Shown here: positions 38,300 through 50,022 of the stretch, piece by piece | Layout of the letters: every line of letters starts with the position of its first letter | Numbering within the stretch: position 1 is the stretch's first letter | Assembly (NCBI GenBank): GCA_036506675.1 | Contig: DASXRJ010000059.1 | Span: 1-53,009, forward strand | Reading direction: 5' to 3' | Length of the DNA stretch: 53,009 bases | DNA from: Nocardioides sp. | GTDB taxonomy: Bacteria; Actinomycetota; Actinomycetes; Propionibacteriales; Nocardioidaceae | The notes under the pieces: generated by a model | Database searches by the model: none | What the model saw: the letters and a program-made list of their open reading frames with translations, nothing else | What the model was told of the DNA's origin: nothing | Position numbers and translations under genes: made by a program

Positions 38300-40240
38300 T
38301 CACCAGATGCGGACCCGGTCGGCCGGGTCGAGCCACAGGCCGTCGGACTCGGTGGTGCCGAAGGCGGCGTGGAACTCGTCGAGGTTGCGGACGATGTTGG
38401 CGCGGAACTCGGGCGGGCTGTGCGGGTCGATGGTGAGGAACTGCCGCTCCTGCTCGGTACGACGCTTGGTCCGCCAGCAGTAGGACCAGTTGAGGAACAG
38501 GCTCCGCTTCGCCGCCTCGTCGGCCTCGCCACCCTGGGCGATCAGGAACGCCTTGTAGCCGATGGTCAGGCCGCCGAGGTCGCCGATGTTCTCGCCGACG
38601 GTCAGCGCGCCGTTGACCCGCTCGCCGGGCAGGTTGCGCGGCTCGAAGCCGTCGTACTGCTCGATCAGGGCCTTCGACTTCACCTGGAAGGCGAGCTTGT
38701 CGTCGGCGGTCCACCAGTCGTGCAGGTTGCCGGCACCGTCGTACTGGGCGCCCTGGTCGTCGAAGCCGTGGCCGATCTCGTGGCCGATGACCGCGCCGAT
38801 GCCGCCGTAGTTCTCGGCCGTGTCGGCGTCGGGGCCGAAGAACGGCTTCTGCAGGATCCCGGCCGGGAAGCAGATCTCGTTGGTGCCGGGGTTGTAGTAG
38901 GCGTTGACCGTCTGCGGCAGCATGAACCACTCGTCGCGGTCGACCGGCGCGCCGATCTTGGCGAGCTGTCGCCGGGTCTCGAACGACGCCGCCGCGGCCA
39001 CGTTGCCCATCAGGTCGTCCGGACGCACCTGCAGGTCGGAGTAGTCACGGAACGTGTCGGGATAGCCGATCTTGGGTCGGAAGGTCGCGAGCTTCTCGTA
39101 GGCCTGCTCCTTGGTCTCCTCGCTCATCCAGTCGAGGGCCGCGATCGACTCGCGGTACGCCGCCAGCAGGTTGGCGACCAGCTTGTCCATCATCGCCTTG
39201 GAGTCCGGCGGGAAGTGTCGCTCGACGTAGATCTTGCCGACCGCCTCGCCCATCGCCTCCTCGACCAGTGCCACGCCGCGCTTCCAGCGGGCCCGCAGCT
39301 CCGGGGTGCCGTTGAGGGTGCGGCCGTAGAAGTCGAAGTTGGTCTCGACGAAGTCGTCGGTGAGGTACGGCGCCGCCGAGCGCAGCACCCGGGTCTGCAT
39401 CCAGCCCTTCCAGTCGTCGATCGAGACCTGGTCGAGCACCTTCGAGAGATGTTCGAGGTACGACGGCTGCCGCACGCAGACCTGCTCGATCGTCTGCGCC
39501 GACCCGCCGAGGTTGGTGACGTAGGCGTCCCAGTCGAAGTTGGGCGCCATCGCGCGCAGGTCGTCGACGCCGGTCAGGTTGTAGGTCCGCTGGACATCGC
39601 GGGTCTCCGAGCGCTCCCAGTGGCCCTGGGCGAGCAGGGTGTCGATCTCCAGCACCCGCGCCGCGATCGCCTCAGCTCCGTCTACCTCGCCGAGCGTGAG
39701 CAGCCGGGTGAGGTAGGCGACGTACTTCTTGCGGATCTCCGCGAACTTCTCGTCGCGGTAGTAGGACTCGTCGGGCAGGCCGAGCCCGCCCTGGGTGATG
39801 TTGAAGAGGTAGCGGTCGGAGTCGCGCGCGTCGGTGTCGACGTAGCTGCCGAACAGCCCGTGCCCACCGATCCGCTCGAACTCCCCCACGAACGCCGCCA
39901 GGTCGCGTACGTCGCGGAGCCCCTCGATCGCCTTCACCAGCGGCCGGATCGGCCGGGTGCCCTTGCGCACGATCTCGTCGGTGTCCATGAACGACGTGTA
40001 GATCGCCGCGATCTTGGCCGCGTCGGGACCGGCCAGGGCGTCGGCCTCGGCCTGCTCCTGGATGATCTCGCGGACGTGCTCCTCGGCCTGGTCGGCCAGC
40101 ATCACGAACGGCCCCCAGCTCGACCGGTCGCTCGGGATCTCGGTGTCGTCCAGCCAGCGGCCGTTTACGTGACCGAAGAGGTCGTCCTGCGGGCGGATGT
40201 CGGGGTTCATGCCCGGGCGCGCGTCGTCCAAAGTGCTCAC
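38300..40240 (-). CDS. M13-family metallopeptidase (PepO/Zmp1-like)
   Basis: 'VNAYY', 'HEIGHGFD', 'GENIGD', 'DPHSP'. Confidence 0.95.
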   Translation of the reverse strand: MSTLDDARPGMNPDIRPQDDLFGHVNGRWLDDTEIPSDRSSWGPFVMLADQAEEHVREIIQEQAEADALAGPDAAKIAAIYTSFMDTDEIVRKGTRPIRPLVKAIEGLRDVRDLAAFVGEFERIGGHGLFGSYVDTDARDSDRYLFNITQGGLGLPDESYYRDEKFAEIRKKYVAYLTRLLTLGEVDGAEAIAARVLEIDTLLAQGHWERSETRDVQRTYNLTGVDDLRAMAPNFDWDAYVTNLGGSAQTIEQVCVRQPSYLEHLSKVLDQVSIDDWKGWMQTRVLRSAAPYLTDDFVETNFDFYGRTLNGTPELRARWKRGVALVEEAMGEAVGKIYVERHFPPDSKAMMDKLVANLLAAYRESIAALDWMSEETKEQAYEKLATFRPKIGYPDTFRDYSDLQVRPDDLMGNVAAAASFETRRQLAKIGAPVDRDEWFMLPQTVNAYYNPGTNEICFPAGILQKPFFGPDADTAENYGGIGAVIGHEIGHGFDDQGAQYDGAGNLHDWWTADDKLAFQVKSKALIEQYDGFEPRNLPGERVNGALTVGENIGDLGGLTIGYKAFLIAQGGEADEAAKRSLFLNWSYCWRTKRRTEQERQFLTIDPHSPPEFRANIVRNLDEFHAAFGTTESDGLWLDPADRVRIW

Positions 40241-40366
40241 GTAATCGACCCTAACGGGCCGACCCGACAGACCACGACCGACGGGCACATGATTTTCCAG
40301 GTCAGCCGCAGTTCTGGGGGCCCGGCAGCGCCCGTCAGTGGCCCGTCAGCGGCCGTTAGCTGCCGG

Positions 40367-41317
40367 TCAGCGGATGGCGACGACGGACTTGCCGAGCGTC
40401 TTGCGGGCCTCCATGTCGGCGAGCGCCTGGTCGAAGTCCTCGAGGTCGTACGTCGCCCCGATCGGCGGCTTGACCGTCCCGTCGGCCAGCATCGGCTCCA
40501 GGTCGGCCCACTGCTCCTGCATGAAGCCGGGCGTGAGCATCGCGTAGGCACCCCAGCCGACCCCGCGCACGTCGATGTTGTTGAGCAGCAGCCGGTTGAC
40601 CTTCACCTCGGGGATGCCCTGGCCGGAGGCGAACCCGACCACCAGCAGCCGCCCCAGCGGGTTGAGCATCCGCAGGCTGTCGGTGAACGCGTCGCCGCCG
40701 ACCACGTCGAGTACGACGTCGACCTTGCCGGCCTCCTTGAAGCTGTCGGTCCGGACCACCTCGTCCGCGCCCGCGGTCCGCGCCATCTCGGCCTTCTCGT
40801 CGGAGCTCACGACCGCGACCGGCACGGCACCGAGGCCCTTGGCGACCTGGATCGCGGCCGTGCCGACGCCACCGGCGGCGCCGTGGATCAGCACCCGCTC
40901 GCCCGGCTGGACCTTGCCGCGGGTCTTCAGCGCGAAGAGGGCGGTCAGGTAGTTCATCGGCAGCGCGGCGCCCTCGTCGTACGAGATGTCGTCGGGGAGC
41001 GCGAAGGTGAACTGCGCGGGTACGACGACCCGCTCCGCCGCGCCGCCGTACGGCAGCACGCCCGCGACCCGCTGCCCCGCCTCGAAGCCACCGTCCTCGA
41101 TTGCCGGCCCCGACACGACCGTGCCCGCGAAGTCGACCCCGAGCGTGAACGGCGGCTCCGGCTTGAGCTGGTACTCACCCTTGCTCAGCAGCAGGTCCGG
41201 GAAGCTCACCCCGACCCGGTGCACCTCCACGAGTACGTCGTCGGGCCCCGGCGTCGGTTCCCCGACCTCCCGCACCTCGAGTGGACCACCGGGCTGGACG
41301 ACCTGCACTGCTCGCAT
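40367..41317 (-). CDS. NADPH:quinone oxidoreductase (MDR family)
   Basis: 'GAAGGVGTAAIQVAK'; no Zn-ligand motifs. Confidence 0.92.
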   Translation of the reverse strand: MRAVQVVQPGGPLEVREVGEPTPGPDDVLVEVHRVGVSFPDLLLSKGEYQLKPEPPFTLGVDFAGTVVSGPAIEDGGFEAGQRVAGVLPYGGAAERVVVPAQFTFALPDDISYDEGAALPMNYLTALFALKTRGKVQPGERVLIHGAAGGVGTAAIQVAKGLGAVPVAVVSSDEKAEMARTAGADEVVRTDSFKEAGKVDVVLDVVGGDAFTDSLRMLNPLGRLLVVGFASGQGIPEVKVNRLLLNNIDVRGVGWGAYAMLTPGFMQEQWADLEPMLADGTVKPPIGATYDLEDFDQALADMEARKTLGKSVVAIR

Positions 41318-41411
41318 GCCCGTGACCCTATCCGCCGGCCGGTCTCACAACGTCATGCGGACGGCGCCATCTTTGGCTCGGGGCGCAAGACGTCCCGGGC
41401 GAAGAGGTCCC

Positions 41412-42395
41412 TCAGCCCCGGCGCCGCTTGAGCTCCTCGACGATCGCGGGCACGACCTCGTGCATGTCGCCGACCACGGCGTACGTCGCCTTGCTCACCA
41501 TCGGCGCGTCCGGGTCGGTGTTGATCGCGACGATCGTCTTCGAGCTCGCGCAGCCGGCCCAGTGCTGGATGGCGCCGCTGATCCCGCAGGGGATGTAGAC
41601 GTCGGGCGAGATCCGGCTGCCGGTCTGACCGACCTGCTCGTGGTGCGGTCGCCAGCCGAGGCTGGTCACGACGCGCGAGACGCCCAGCGAGCCGCCCAGC
41701 AGCTCGGCCAGCTCGGCGACCGCGCCGAACCCGTCCGGGCCGCCGGCACCCCGCCCGGCGCCGACCACGACCTTGGCCGACTTGAGCGAGTCGGAGTGAT
41801 CGGGCTCCTTCGCCCCGGTGGAGACCACCCGGGCGACCAGGTCGGCCTCGGCGACCTCCGGCGAGAACTCCTGCCAGGTGGCCGCAACCGGCGTCTCAGC
41901 GGGCGCGGCCGTCCACGAGTGGCCGGCCACCGTGAAGATCGCCGGTCGTTCGTCCAGCTTCATCTCCTCCAGCGCCGCCCCGCCGACCACCTGTCGGGTG
42001 ACCACGAACGGCGCCAGGCCGGCGTACGACACGACGTTGGCGGCCATCGGCACGTCCAACCGGGCCGCGAGGTGCGCGAGCACCTCGTTGCCCCGTGGGC
42101 TCCCGGCGGCCGTGACGACGACCGATCCGGTGGCCTCGCGGGCCGCCTGCAGAGCGGCCGCCCAGGCGGCGCCGGCGTACGACTCGAACGCCTCGCCCAC
42201 TGCCTGGCGCACCTCACTGACCCCGTGTACGCCGAGCTCGGCCGCCAGCGCCTCCCGGTCGTCAACGGCACCGACCACAACCGCCCGGATCGCGATCCCG
42301 CCACCCTCCTGCGACAGCGAGCGGGCCAGCGCCAGCGTCTCCAGCGAGATCTCGCCGGCTGCACCGTTCTCGGTCTCGATCAGCACCAGGATCAT
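41412..42395 (-). CDS. etfA: Electron transfer flavoprotein alpha
   Basis: 'QVGQTG', 'GISGAIQH', 'AINTDPDAP'. Confidence 0.95.
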   Translation of the reverse strand: MILVLIETENGAAGEISLETLALARSLSQEGGGIAIRAVVVGAVDDREALAAELGVHGVSEVRQAVGEAFESYAGAAWAAALQAAREATGSVVVTAAGSPRGNEVLAHLAARLDVPMAANVVSYAGLAPFVVTRQVVGGAALEEMKLDERPAIFTVAGHSWTAAPAETPVAATWQEFSPEVAEADLVARVVSTGAKEPDHSDSLKSAKVVVGAGRGAGGPDGFGAVAELAELLGGSLGVSRVVTSLGWRPHHEQVGQTGSRISPDVYIPCGISGAIQHWAGCASSKTIVAINTDPDAPMVSKATYAVVGDMHEVVPAIVEELKRRRG

Positions 42396-43171
42396 CGGGC
42401 CACCCCCAGGCTCTCGAGTAGGTCGACCACCGCGGCCGCCGCTTCCGGCCCCTCGCCGAGCACCTGCACCAGGCTCGGCTGGGCCGGCGGGACCAGCAGC
42501 CGCACCCGCTGGGCGCCGACCGGCTCGCGGGTCGTCGTACGCATCTCGATCTCGACCTTCTTCGCCGCCATCCGCCCCTTCAGGGTGGGATAGCGGACCT
42601 CCGCGCCGCCCTCGAGCACGGTCACCACGGCGGGCAGCGGGACCGAGTAGGTCTCCTCGCCGTCGGGGCCGTCCACGCGCGCGAGCACCCGCCCGTCGGC
42701 CACCTCGACAACCGAGGCCCCGTTGACCACGGGCCGGCCGAGCAGGTAGGCGAGCCGGATCCCCACCTGGAAGTCTCCGCTGTCGGCGGCGTCGTTGCCC
42801 AACAGCACCAGGTCGTACGACGTCCCGGCCGCGGCGTGGTCGCGCACCACCGCGGCGATCTCGTGCGCCACGTCGGCCGGTCCGAGCCGGGTCGGGTCCG
42901 CCTCGACCAGGACCGCGGCCTGGCAGCCCAGGGCCAGGGTGCTGCGCAGCTGCTCCACGGCGTCGGCGGTGCCGACCGTCAGCAGGGTCACCGACCCGCC
43001 GGTCGCGTCGGCCACCCGGATCGCCAGCTCGACCGCGCTCGACTCGTTCTCGCTGACGGTGAAGCCGACGTACCGGCCGTCGACGCCCTGGGCGTCCTCG
43101 GTCAGCAGGATCTGTCCCGACGAGTCGGGCACCCGCTTGATGCAGACCAGGATCCGCGGCCCGGAGGTCAT
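42392..43171 (-). CDS. etfB: Electron transfer flavoprotein beta
   Basis: 'ILVCIKRVPD', 'LPAVVTV', 'RYPTL..RMAAKK'. Confidence 0.93.
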   Translation of the reverse strand: MTSGPRILVCIKRVPDSSGQILLTEDAQGVDGRYVGFTVSENESSAVELAIRVADATGGSVTLLTVGTADAVEQLRSTLALGCQAAVLVEADPTRLGPADVAHEIAAVVRDHAAAGTSYDLVLLGNDAADSGDFQVGIRLAYLLGRPVVNGASVVEVADGRVLARVDGPDGEETYSVPLPAVVTVLEGGAEVRYPTLKGRMAAKKVEIEMRTTTREPVGAQRVRLLVPPAQPSLVQVLGEGPEAAAAVVDLLESLGVAR

Positions 43172-45684
43172 GCCCGGATCCGCTCGTTGCCGGGGTCGAA
43201 GACCGGGGTCGCGTCGTTGGCGGCGACCGTGACCGGGTAGAGCTCCTCCATGTAGGACACCGCCAGCTTGGTGCCGACCGCGGCCTGCTCGGGCGGCAGG
43301 TAGGCCATCAGCAGGTGCTTGCCGAGCGACGGCGCCGAACCCGCGGTGGTGACGTAGGGGTGGTGCCCGTGGCCGTCGACCAGCGAGCTGCCGTCGGGGG
43401 CCAGGATCGGCTCGCCGCCGAGCATGTAGCGCTTCATGCCGCTCGCCGAGGTGTGGTCGTCGACCGACATCGTGCACAGCACCGCCCGCGGCGCCTCGTC
43501 CCGCTGCTTGACGTAGGCCTCGCGGCCGACGAAGTCGGCGGTCTTCACCTTGGGCCGCTGCATGCCCGCCTCGATGATGGTCCGCTCGGCGTCGAGCTCG
43601 AAGCCGAAGGCGCGGTAGCCCTTCTCGATCCGCCCGGTGGTGCCGTAGACGCCGATCCCGGCCGGCACCGCGCCGTACTCCTGGCCCGCCTCGTGCAGCA
43701 GGCTCCACAGCCGGGCGCCCTGCTCCATCGGGACGTAGAGCTCCCAGCCGAGCTCGCCGACGTACGAGATCCGCGACGCGAGCACGGACAGGTTGCCGAC
43801 CCCGATGTCGCGGGCGGTCAGGAACGGGAACGCCTCGTGCCCGATGTCGTCGCTGGTGAGCTTGCCGAGGATGTCGCGGGCCCGCGGGCCCCAGATGCCG
43901 ATGGTCGAGTACGCCGAGGTCACGTCGACCACCTGCGCCGTACCGTCGGCGGGCATCAGGTCGGAGAACCACTTCTTGTCCGCCATGCCGTGCAGCCCAC
44001 CGGTCACCACGCGGTAGCGGTCGTGTGCCAGCCGCATCACGGTCAGGTCCGACACGAAGCCACCGCGGGAGTCGAGGACCGGCGTGTAGATCACCTTGCC
44101 CGGCGCGACGTCGGCCTGCGCCACGACGATCCGTTGTACGGCGTCCTTGGCGCCCGGCCCGACCACGTCGAAGATCGCGAACGCCGACAGGTCGATGATC
44201 GCCGCCCGGTCCCGCATCGCGAGGTGCTCGGCGTTGATGATCGGCGACCACCAGCGCTTGTCCCACTCGTGCTCGCGGTCGAGCACCCGGTCGCCGTACT
44301 CGCCGAGCAGCGCCTCGTTGGAGTTGTACCAGTTCGGGCGCTCCCAGCCCACCGTCTCGATGAACTGCGCGCCCTGCTCGACCTGCTGCGCGTGCATCGG
44401 CGCCAGCCGCTTGCCGCGCTCGCTCTCCCACTGCTCGCCGGGGTGGACGATGCCGTAGGTCTTGATGAACGCCTCGGACGTGCGGGCCACGACGTGGCTG
44501 CGCAGCCGCTGGTGCGGGTAGAACCGCGCGATGTCGGTGTGGTGGATGTCGATCTCGGGCACGCCGGTCGTCATCCACTCGGCGACCGCGCGACCGACAC
44601 CCGGGCCCTCCTTGATCCAGACCGCCGCGGCCGACCACAGCCCCTTCACCTCGGGCGTCTCGCCCAGGATCGGGGCGCCGTCGGGAGTCAGCGAGAGCAA
44701 GCCGTTGATCGCGTAGCGGATCTCGGCCCCCTCGGCGCCGAGCGCGTCGGGCATCAGGTCGTAGGCCTGCTCGAGCTGCGGGTCGAAGTCGTCGGAGGTG
44801 AACGGCAGCTCGGTCGGCGACAGCTTGGCCTGGTCGATCGACGGGATCTCGTCGGGGTCCAGCAGGATCGCGCGGTGCGCGTAGGACCCGACCTCCATGT
44901 CGGCGCCGTGCTGGCGCTCGTAGCAGTAGGTGTCCATGTCGCGGACGATCGGGAACGAGATCTCACCCTCGCGCTCGGCCAGCTGCGGGATCGGCCCGAC
45001 GCTGATCATCTGGTGTACGGCGGGCGTCAGCGGGATCGACGCTCCCGCCATCTTCGCGATCCGCGGGCTCCACACTCCACACGCGATCACCACGGTGTCG
45101 GTCTCGATGTCGCCGCCGGTGGTGCGCACCCGCCGGATCCGGCCCTCCTCCACGTCGATCCCGGTCACCTCGACGGTGGGTACGACGGTCAGCGCGTGCA
45201 GCTCCATCGCCCGCTCGCGCATGATCGTGCCGGCGCGCAGGGAGTCGACGACGCCGACCGACGGCGTCCAGAACGCCCCGAGGATCTCGTCGGTCTCGAT
45301 GAACGGCACCCGCTCCTTGACCTGCTCGGGCGTGACCAGCTCGGCCTCGATGCCCCACGCCCGGGCGCTCGACATCCGGCGGCGCAGCTCCTCCATGCGC
45401 TCCTCGGTGCGCGCGATCTCGAAGCCGCCGGACTCGGTGAAGACGCCCATCTCCTTGTACTGACGCATCGAGTCGAGGGTCAGATCCGTGAGCTCGCGGG
45501 AGTGGTCCACGGGGAAGATGAAGTTGGAGGCGTGGCCGGTCGAGCCACCTGGGTTGGGCAGCGCGCCCTTGTCGATCTGGACGATGTCGCGCCAGCCGAG
45601 CCGGGCCAGATGATGGACCAGGCTGTTGCCGACGATGCCGGCGCCGATGACGACGACCTGGGCCTGACTGGGAACCGTGGCCAT
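43168..45684 (-). CDS. Dimethylglycine/sarcosine dehydrogenase-like flavoprotein (DAO + GcvT folate domains)
   Basis: 'IGAGIVG', 'GSTGHA' (covalent FAD His), 'ISYVGELGWELY', 'RIEKGYR'. Confidence 0.9.
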   Translation of the reverse strand: MATVPSQAQVVVIGAGIVGNSLVHHLARLGWRDIVQIDKGALPNPGGSTGHASNFIFPVDHSRELTDLTLDSMRQYKEMGVFTESGGFEIARTEERMEELRRRMSSARAWGIEAELVTPEQVKERVPFIETDEILGAFWTPSVGVVDSLRAGTIMRERAMELHALTVVPTVEVTGIDVEEGRIRRVRTTGGDIETDTVVIACGVWSPRIAKMAGASIPLTPAVHQMISVGPIPQLAEREGEISFPIVRDMDTYCYERQHGADMEVGSYAHRAILLDPDEIPSIDQAKLSPTELPFTSDDFDPQLEQAYDLMPDALGAEGAEIRYAINGLLSLTPDGAPILGETPEVKGLWSAAAVWIKEGPGVGRAVAEWMTTGVPEIDIHHTDIARFYPHQRLRSHVVARTSEAFIKTYGIVHPGEQWESERGKRLAPMHAQQVEQGAQFIETVGWERPNWYNSNEALLGEYGDRVLDREHEWDKRWWSPIINAEHLAMRDRAAIIDLSAFAIFDVVGPGAKDAVQRIVVAQADVAPGKVIYTPVLDSRGGFVSDLTVMRLAHDRYRVVTGGLHGMADKKWFSDLMPADGTAQVVDVTSAYSTIGIWGPRARDILGKLTSDDIGHEAFPFLTARDIGVGNLSVLASRISYVGELGWELYVPMEQGARLWSLLHEAGQEYGAVPAGIGVYGTTGRIEKGYRAFGFELDAERTIIEAGMQRPKVKTADFVGREAYVKQRDEAPRAVLCTMSVDDHTSASGMKRYMLGGEPILAPDGSSLVDGHGHHPYVTTAGSAPSLGKHLLMAYLPPEQAAVGTKLAVSYMEELYPVTVAANDATPVFDPGNERIRA

Positions 45685-45697
45685 GAGAACTCCCTCT

Positions 45698-45714
45698 GTT
45701 GCGGATCAAGCAAC
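45698..45714. promoter_or_regulatory. Palindromic operator candidate
   Basis: gttgc-ggatcaa-gcaac directly upstream of the RBS. Confidence 0.45.
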
Positions 45715-45748
45715 GCAAAGCATAATGCGGAACACATCTAGAATCGGC

Positions 45749-45784
45749 GCGACCCCCCGTCCCTGTCAAGGCACGGGGGGTCGC
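45749..45784 (-). terminator. Hairpin after the betaine ABC operon; loop contains TTGACA on the minus strand
   Basis: gcgaccccccgt/acggggggtcgc 12-bp stem. Confidence 0.65.
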
Positions 45785-45810
45785 ATCTTGTCTACGCGGT
45801 TACTGGGCGG

Positions 45811-46767
45811 CTACTCGAGCCAGGAGTCGACCTTGTCCTGGTTCGCGTCGACCCACTTCTTCGCGGCGTCGTCCGCACTCATCCCGTCTCGGGCGATGTA
45901 CGTCGAGACGAGGTTCTGGTCGTCGTTGGTCCAGGTGAAGTTCTTGACCAGGTCCACCGCCGGCGAGCCGGAGTCGGCGAACGAGGTCGAGATCAGCTTG
46001 TTCAGGTGGTACGGCGGGTAGTCGCAGTTCACCTTCGCCGGGTCGGCGTCGCACCCCGGCGTGTACGGCGGCAGGTCGATCTTCACCAGCTTCACCTCCG
46101 AGAAGAACCACTGCGGGTCGTAGAAGTAGGCCAGCAGCGGGGTCTTGTTGTCCTCCGCGGACTTGAAGCTCTGGATCAGCGCCGCCTCCGAACCGCCAAC
46201 CACGACCTTGTAGTCGAGGTTGAGGTTGTTGACCAGCGCCTCGTCGTTGGTGACGTAGGACGGGTCGCCGTCGAGGAGCTGCCCCTTGCCGCCCGACTCG
46301 GAGGTCTTGAACAGGTCGGCGTACTTGTTCAGGTTGTGCCAATCGGTGATGTCGGGGTACTTCTCGGCCATCCACGGCGGCAGGTACCAGCCGATGATCC
46401 CTTCGTTGCCGGTGAGCCCGGCGTCCTCGACCTTGCCCAGCTGGTCGATGTACTTCTGCTTCAGGTCATCGTGGCCCCAGTTCTCCACGACCGTGTCGAC
46501 GGTGCCGTCGGCCATGCCCTGCCAGCTCGGCTCCTCCTTCAGCTGCAGATAGGTCACGTGGCAGCCCAGCTGCGTCTCGGCGACGTACCCGATGACATGG
46601 GCGTTGGATTCGTACCCGGTCCACGGGTTCACCGCGATCCGGAGATCGCCGCAGTCACCCTTCGTCGTGTCCGAGCTCTTGATGTCTCCTCCACCGCACG
46701 CAGCGAGGCCGAGGCCCAGTACGGCGGCGGCGGAGACGAGCCGGAATCGGCGTAGTCCTCGTGCCAT
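45811..46767 (-). CDS. Glycine betaine/choline ABC substrate-binding lipoprotein
   Basis: Lipobox 'LAAC'; OpuAC/ProX-like 'ENW', 'YFYDPQW'; RBS ggaagg. Confidence 0.88.
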   Translation of the reverse strand: MARGLRRFRLVSAAAVLGLGLAACGGGDIKSSDTTKGDCGDLRIAVNPWTGYESNAHVIGYVAETQLGCHVTYLQLKEEPSWQGMADGTVDTVVENWGHDDLKQKYIDQLGKVEDAGLTGNEGIIGWYLPPWMAEKYPDITDWHNLNKYADLFKTSESGGKGQLLDGDPSYVTNDEALVNNLNLDYKVVVGGSEAALIQSFKSAEDNKTPLLAYFYDPQWFFSEVKLVKIDLPPYTPGCDADPAKVNCDYPPYHLNKLISTSFADSGSPAVDLVKNFTWTNDDQNLVSTYIARDGMSADDAAKKWVDANQDKVDSWLE

Positions 46768-46816
46768 GCGTCTTCCTTCCATCAGCTCCGCGGTCTTTCG
46801 CGGAGAACGTCGGTTG

Positions 46817-48948
46817 TCAGCGGCCGTAGCGCACCGCTGCGTATCGTGCGATCCGGTCGAGCATCACGCCCATCGCGGTGATCGCGATGCCGGCCGCGAG
46901 CCCCTTGCCGAAGAGCTCGCCCTGGGAGAACCCGGACACCACGAGATAGCCCAGGCTGCCGCCGCCGACCATGCCGCCGATGACCACCATCGACAGCACA
47001 TAGAGCAGGCCCTGGTTGGTGGCCAGCACCAGCGCCTCGCGGGCCATCGGCAGCTGCACCTTCGAGATCACCTGCCAGCGGGTGCTGCCCGAGGACCGGA
47101 CCGCCTCGATGGTCGTGGGCGAGACGCCCCGGATCCCGTCGGCAACCAGCTTGGTCGCGATGGGGACGGCGTACGCGACGGCGGCGATGATCGCGGTGAA
47201 CCGCCCGACGCTGAACAGCGCCAGCGCGGGCACCAGGTAGACGAACGGAGGGATGGTCTGGAAGGCGTCCAGGAACGGCCGGATGAGCACGTCCGCGCGC
47301 CGGCTGCGCCCCATCACCACTCCGAGCACGATGGCGAACACCATCACGATGAGCGTCGCGATCATCACCATCGTCAGCGTGATCATCGAGTCGTTCCAGA
47401 GCCCGGTGCCGTAGATGACCGCCTCGCAGACCAGCGTGATGGCGGCCGGGCGCCAGCCTCCGAGCACCCAGGCGAGCGCCAGGAGCACCACCGCCATCAC
47501 CCACCAGGGCGAGTTCGCCATCAGGTCCTGGAGCGGGTTGATGAGGCCGTAGCTGATGGCGTTCTTGAACGCCAGTGTGAACGTGTCGACGATCCCGACG
47601 AACCAGTCGGTGAAGTCGTTGAGGTACGTCGCGAGGTGGCTCACGTTGAGGTACTTCAGGACGGGGGTGTCGCTCACGTCGGGGAACGCTGCGAAGTCGA
47701 GCCGGAGCCGCGAGAGCCAGACCAGCACCAGAGCCGGGATGAGCAGCAGGCTGAGCAGCAGCCAGCGCCCGGCCGTCGTGAGCCGGGGCAGCTGCTGGCC
47801 CTTGCCGGCGTCCTCGGTGGCCCAGCGCGGCAGGCGTTCGATGACGACTCCGGTCAGCATCACTCCCGGACCGCTGACCGACGCGACGTCGCTGCGGCCG
47901 GAGGTCGCGCGCTCGCTGGCGGCCGTGGTGGTGCGGTCGAGCATGATCGCCATGATCACGATCGCCAGACCCGGTACGGCGGCCTGTCCGACGTTCTGGT
48001 TCTGGAGCGCGGTGACGACGGGGGAACCCAGCCCGGGGCCGGCGACCAGGGCGGCGATCGTCGCCATCGACAGCGCGGCCATCGTGGACTGGTTGATCCC
48101 GACGACGATGGTGCGCTTCGCCATCGGCAGCTGCACCTGCCGCAGCAGCTGAGCCCTGCTGACGCCGAGCGACTGGGACGCCTCCACCGTCGCGGGCGAG
48201 ACCGACCTGATCCCGTGCTCGGTGATCCGGACCAGCGGCGGGAAGGCGTAGACGATGGTGAGGAGCACCGCACAGGCCGACCCGATCCCGAAGAACAGCA
48301 CCATCGGCAGCAGGTAGCAGAACGCCGGCATGGTCTGCATGGCGTCGAGCAGCGGCGTCACAGAGGCGGAGACCGTGTTGTTGCGGGCCATCAGGATGCC
48401 GACCGGGAGGCCGACCACGATGCAGACCAACACCGCCACGCCGGTGATGATGAGGGTGTCCTGGCCTTCGGACCAGAAGCCGAAGACCCCGAAGACCAGG
48501 AGCGACACCGTGACCAGGATGGTCGCTCGCAGGCCGGCGACGACGTACGTCAGCCAGGCGACCAGGGCGACCACACCTACCCAGCCGATCTCCGGGACCG
48601 GCCTCGGGAAGGACGGGATGCTGACCAGCTTCTGCACGAACTCCAGCACGTTGTTGAAGAAGTCGGCGATCCCGCCGAGTACGCCGCCGAAGAACCAGTT
48701 GTCCTGACCGTCGATCTGGACCCAGTCGCGGACCCGGTTGAGCCAGTCGTGGAAGTCGGTGGTCTGCTGGAACGCGATCTCCTTGGTGTTCTTGCCTTTC
48801 AGGAGCGCCCAGCCGATCAGCCAGAAGGCCCCGATCCCGAGCAGCTTGAGCCCGGTACGACGCTTCTTCGCCAGGTCGACGTACGGCTGCTCCTCCTTCG
48901 AGACGGAGACCTTCGGCAACGGCGCCGGCGGTGGCGCGGTGGTGGTGC

Positions 48949-48952
<4 letters not shown>
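46817..48952 (-). CDS. Glycine betaine ABC permease with two fused ProW-like domains
   Basis: Duplicated '[13 protein letters not shown]' / '[13 protein letters not shown]' and 'VQLPMA' motifs. Confidence 0.9.

Positions 48953-50018
<1,066 letters not shown>

Positions 50019-50022
<4 letters not shown>

Noticed and set aside
38231-41431. 1066-aa + strand ORF (likewise 27698-30493, 35694-38483, 43315-45741, 46592-49201)
   Set aside because: These are antisense shadows of clear minus-strand genes; stop codons are rare at this GC and the ORFs have no motifs.
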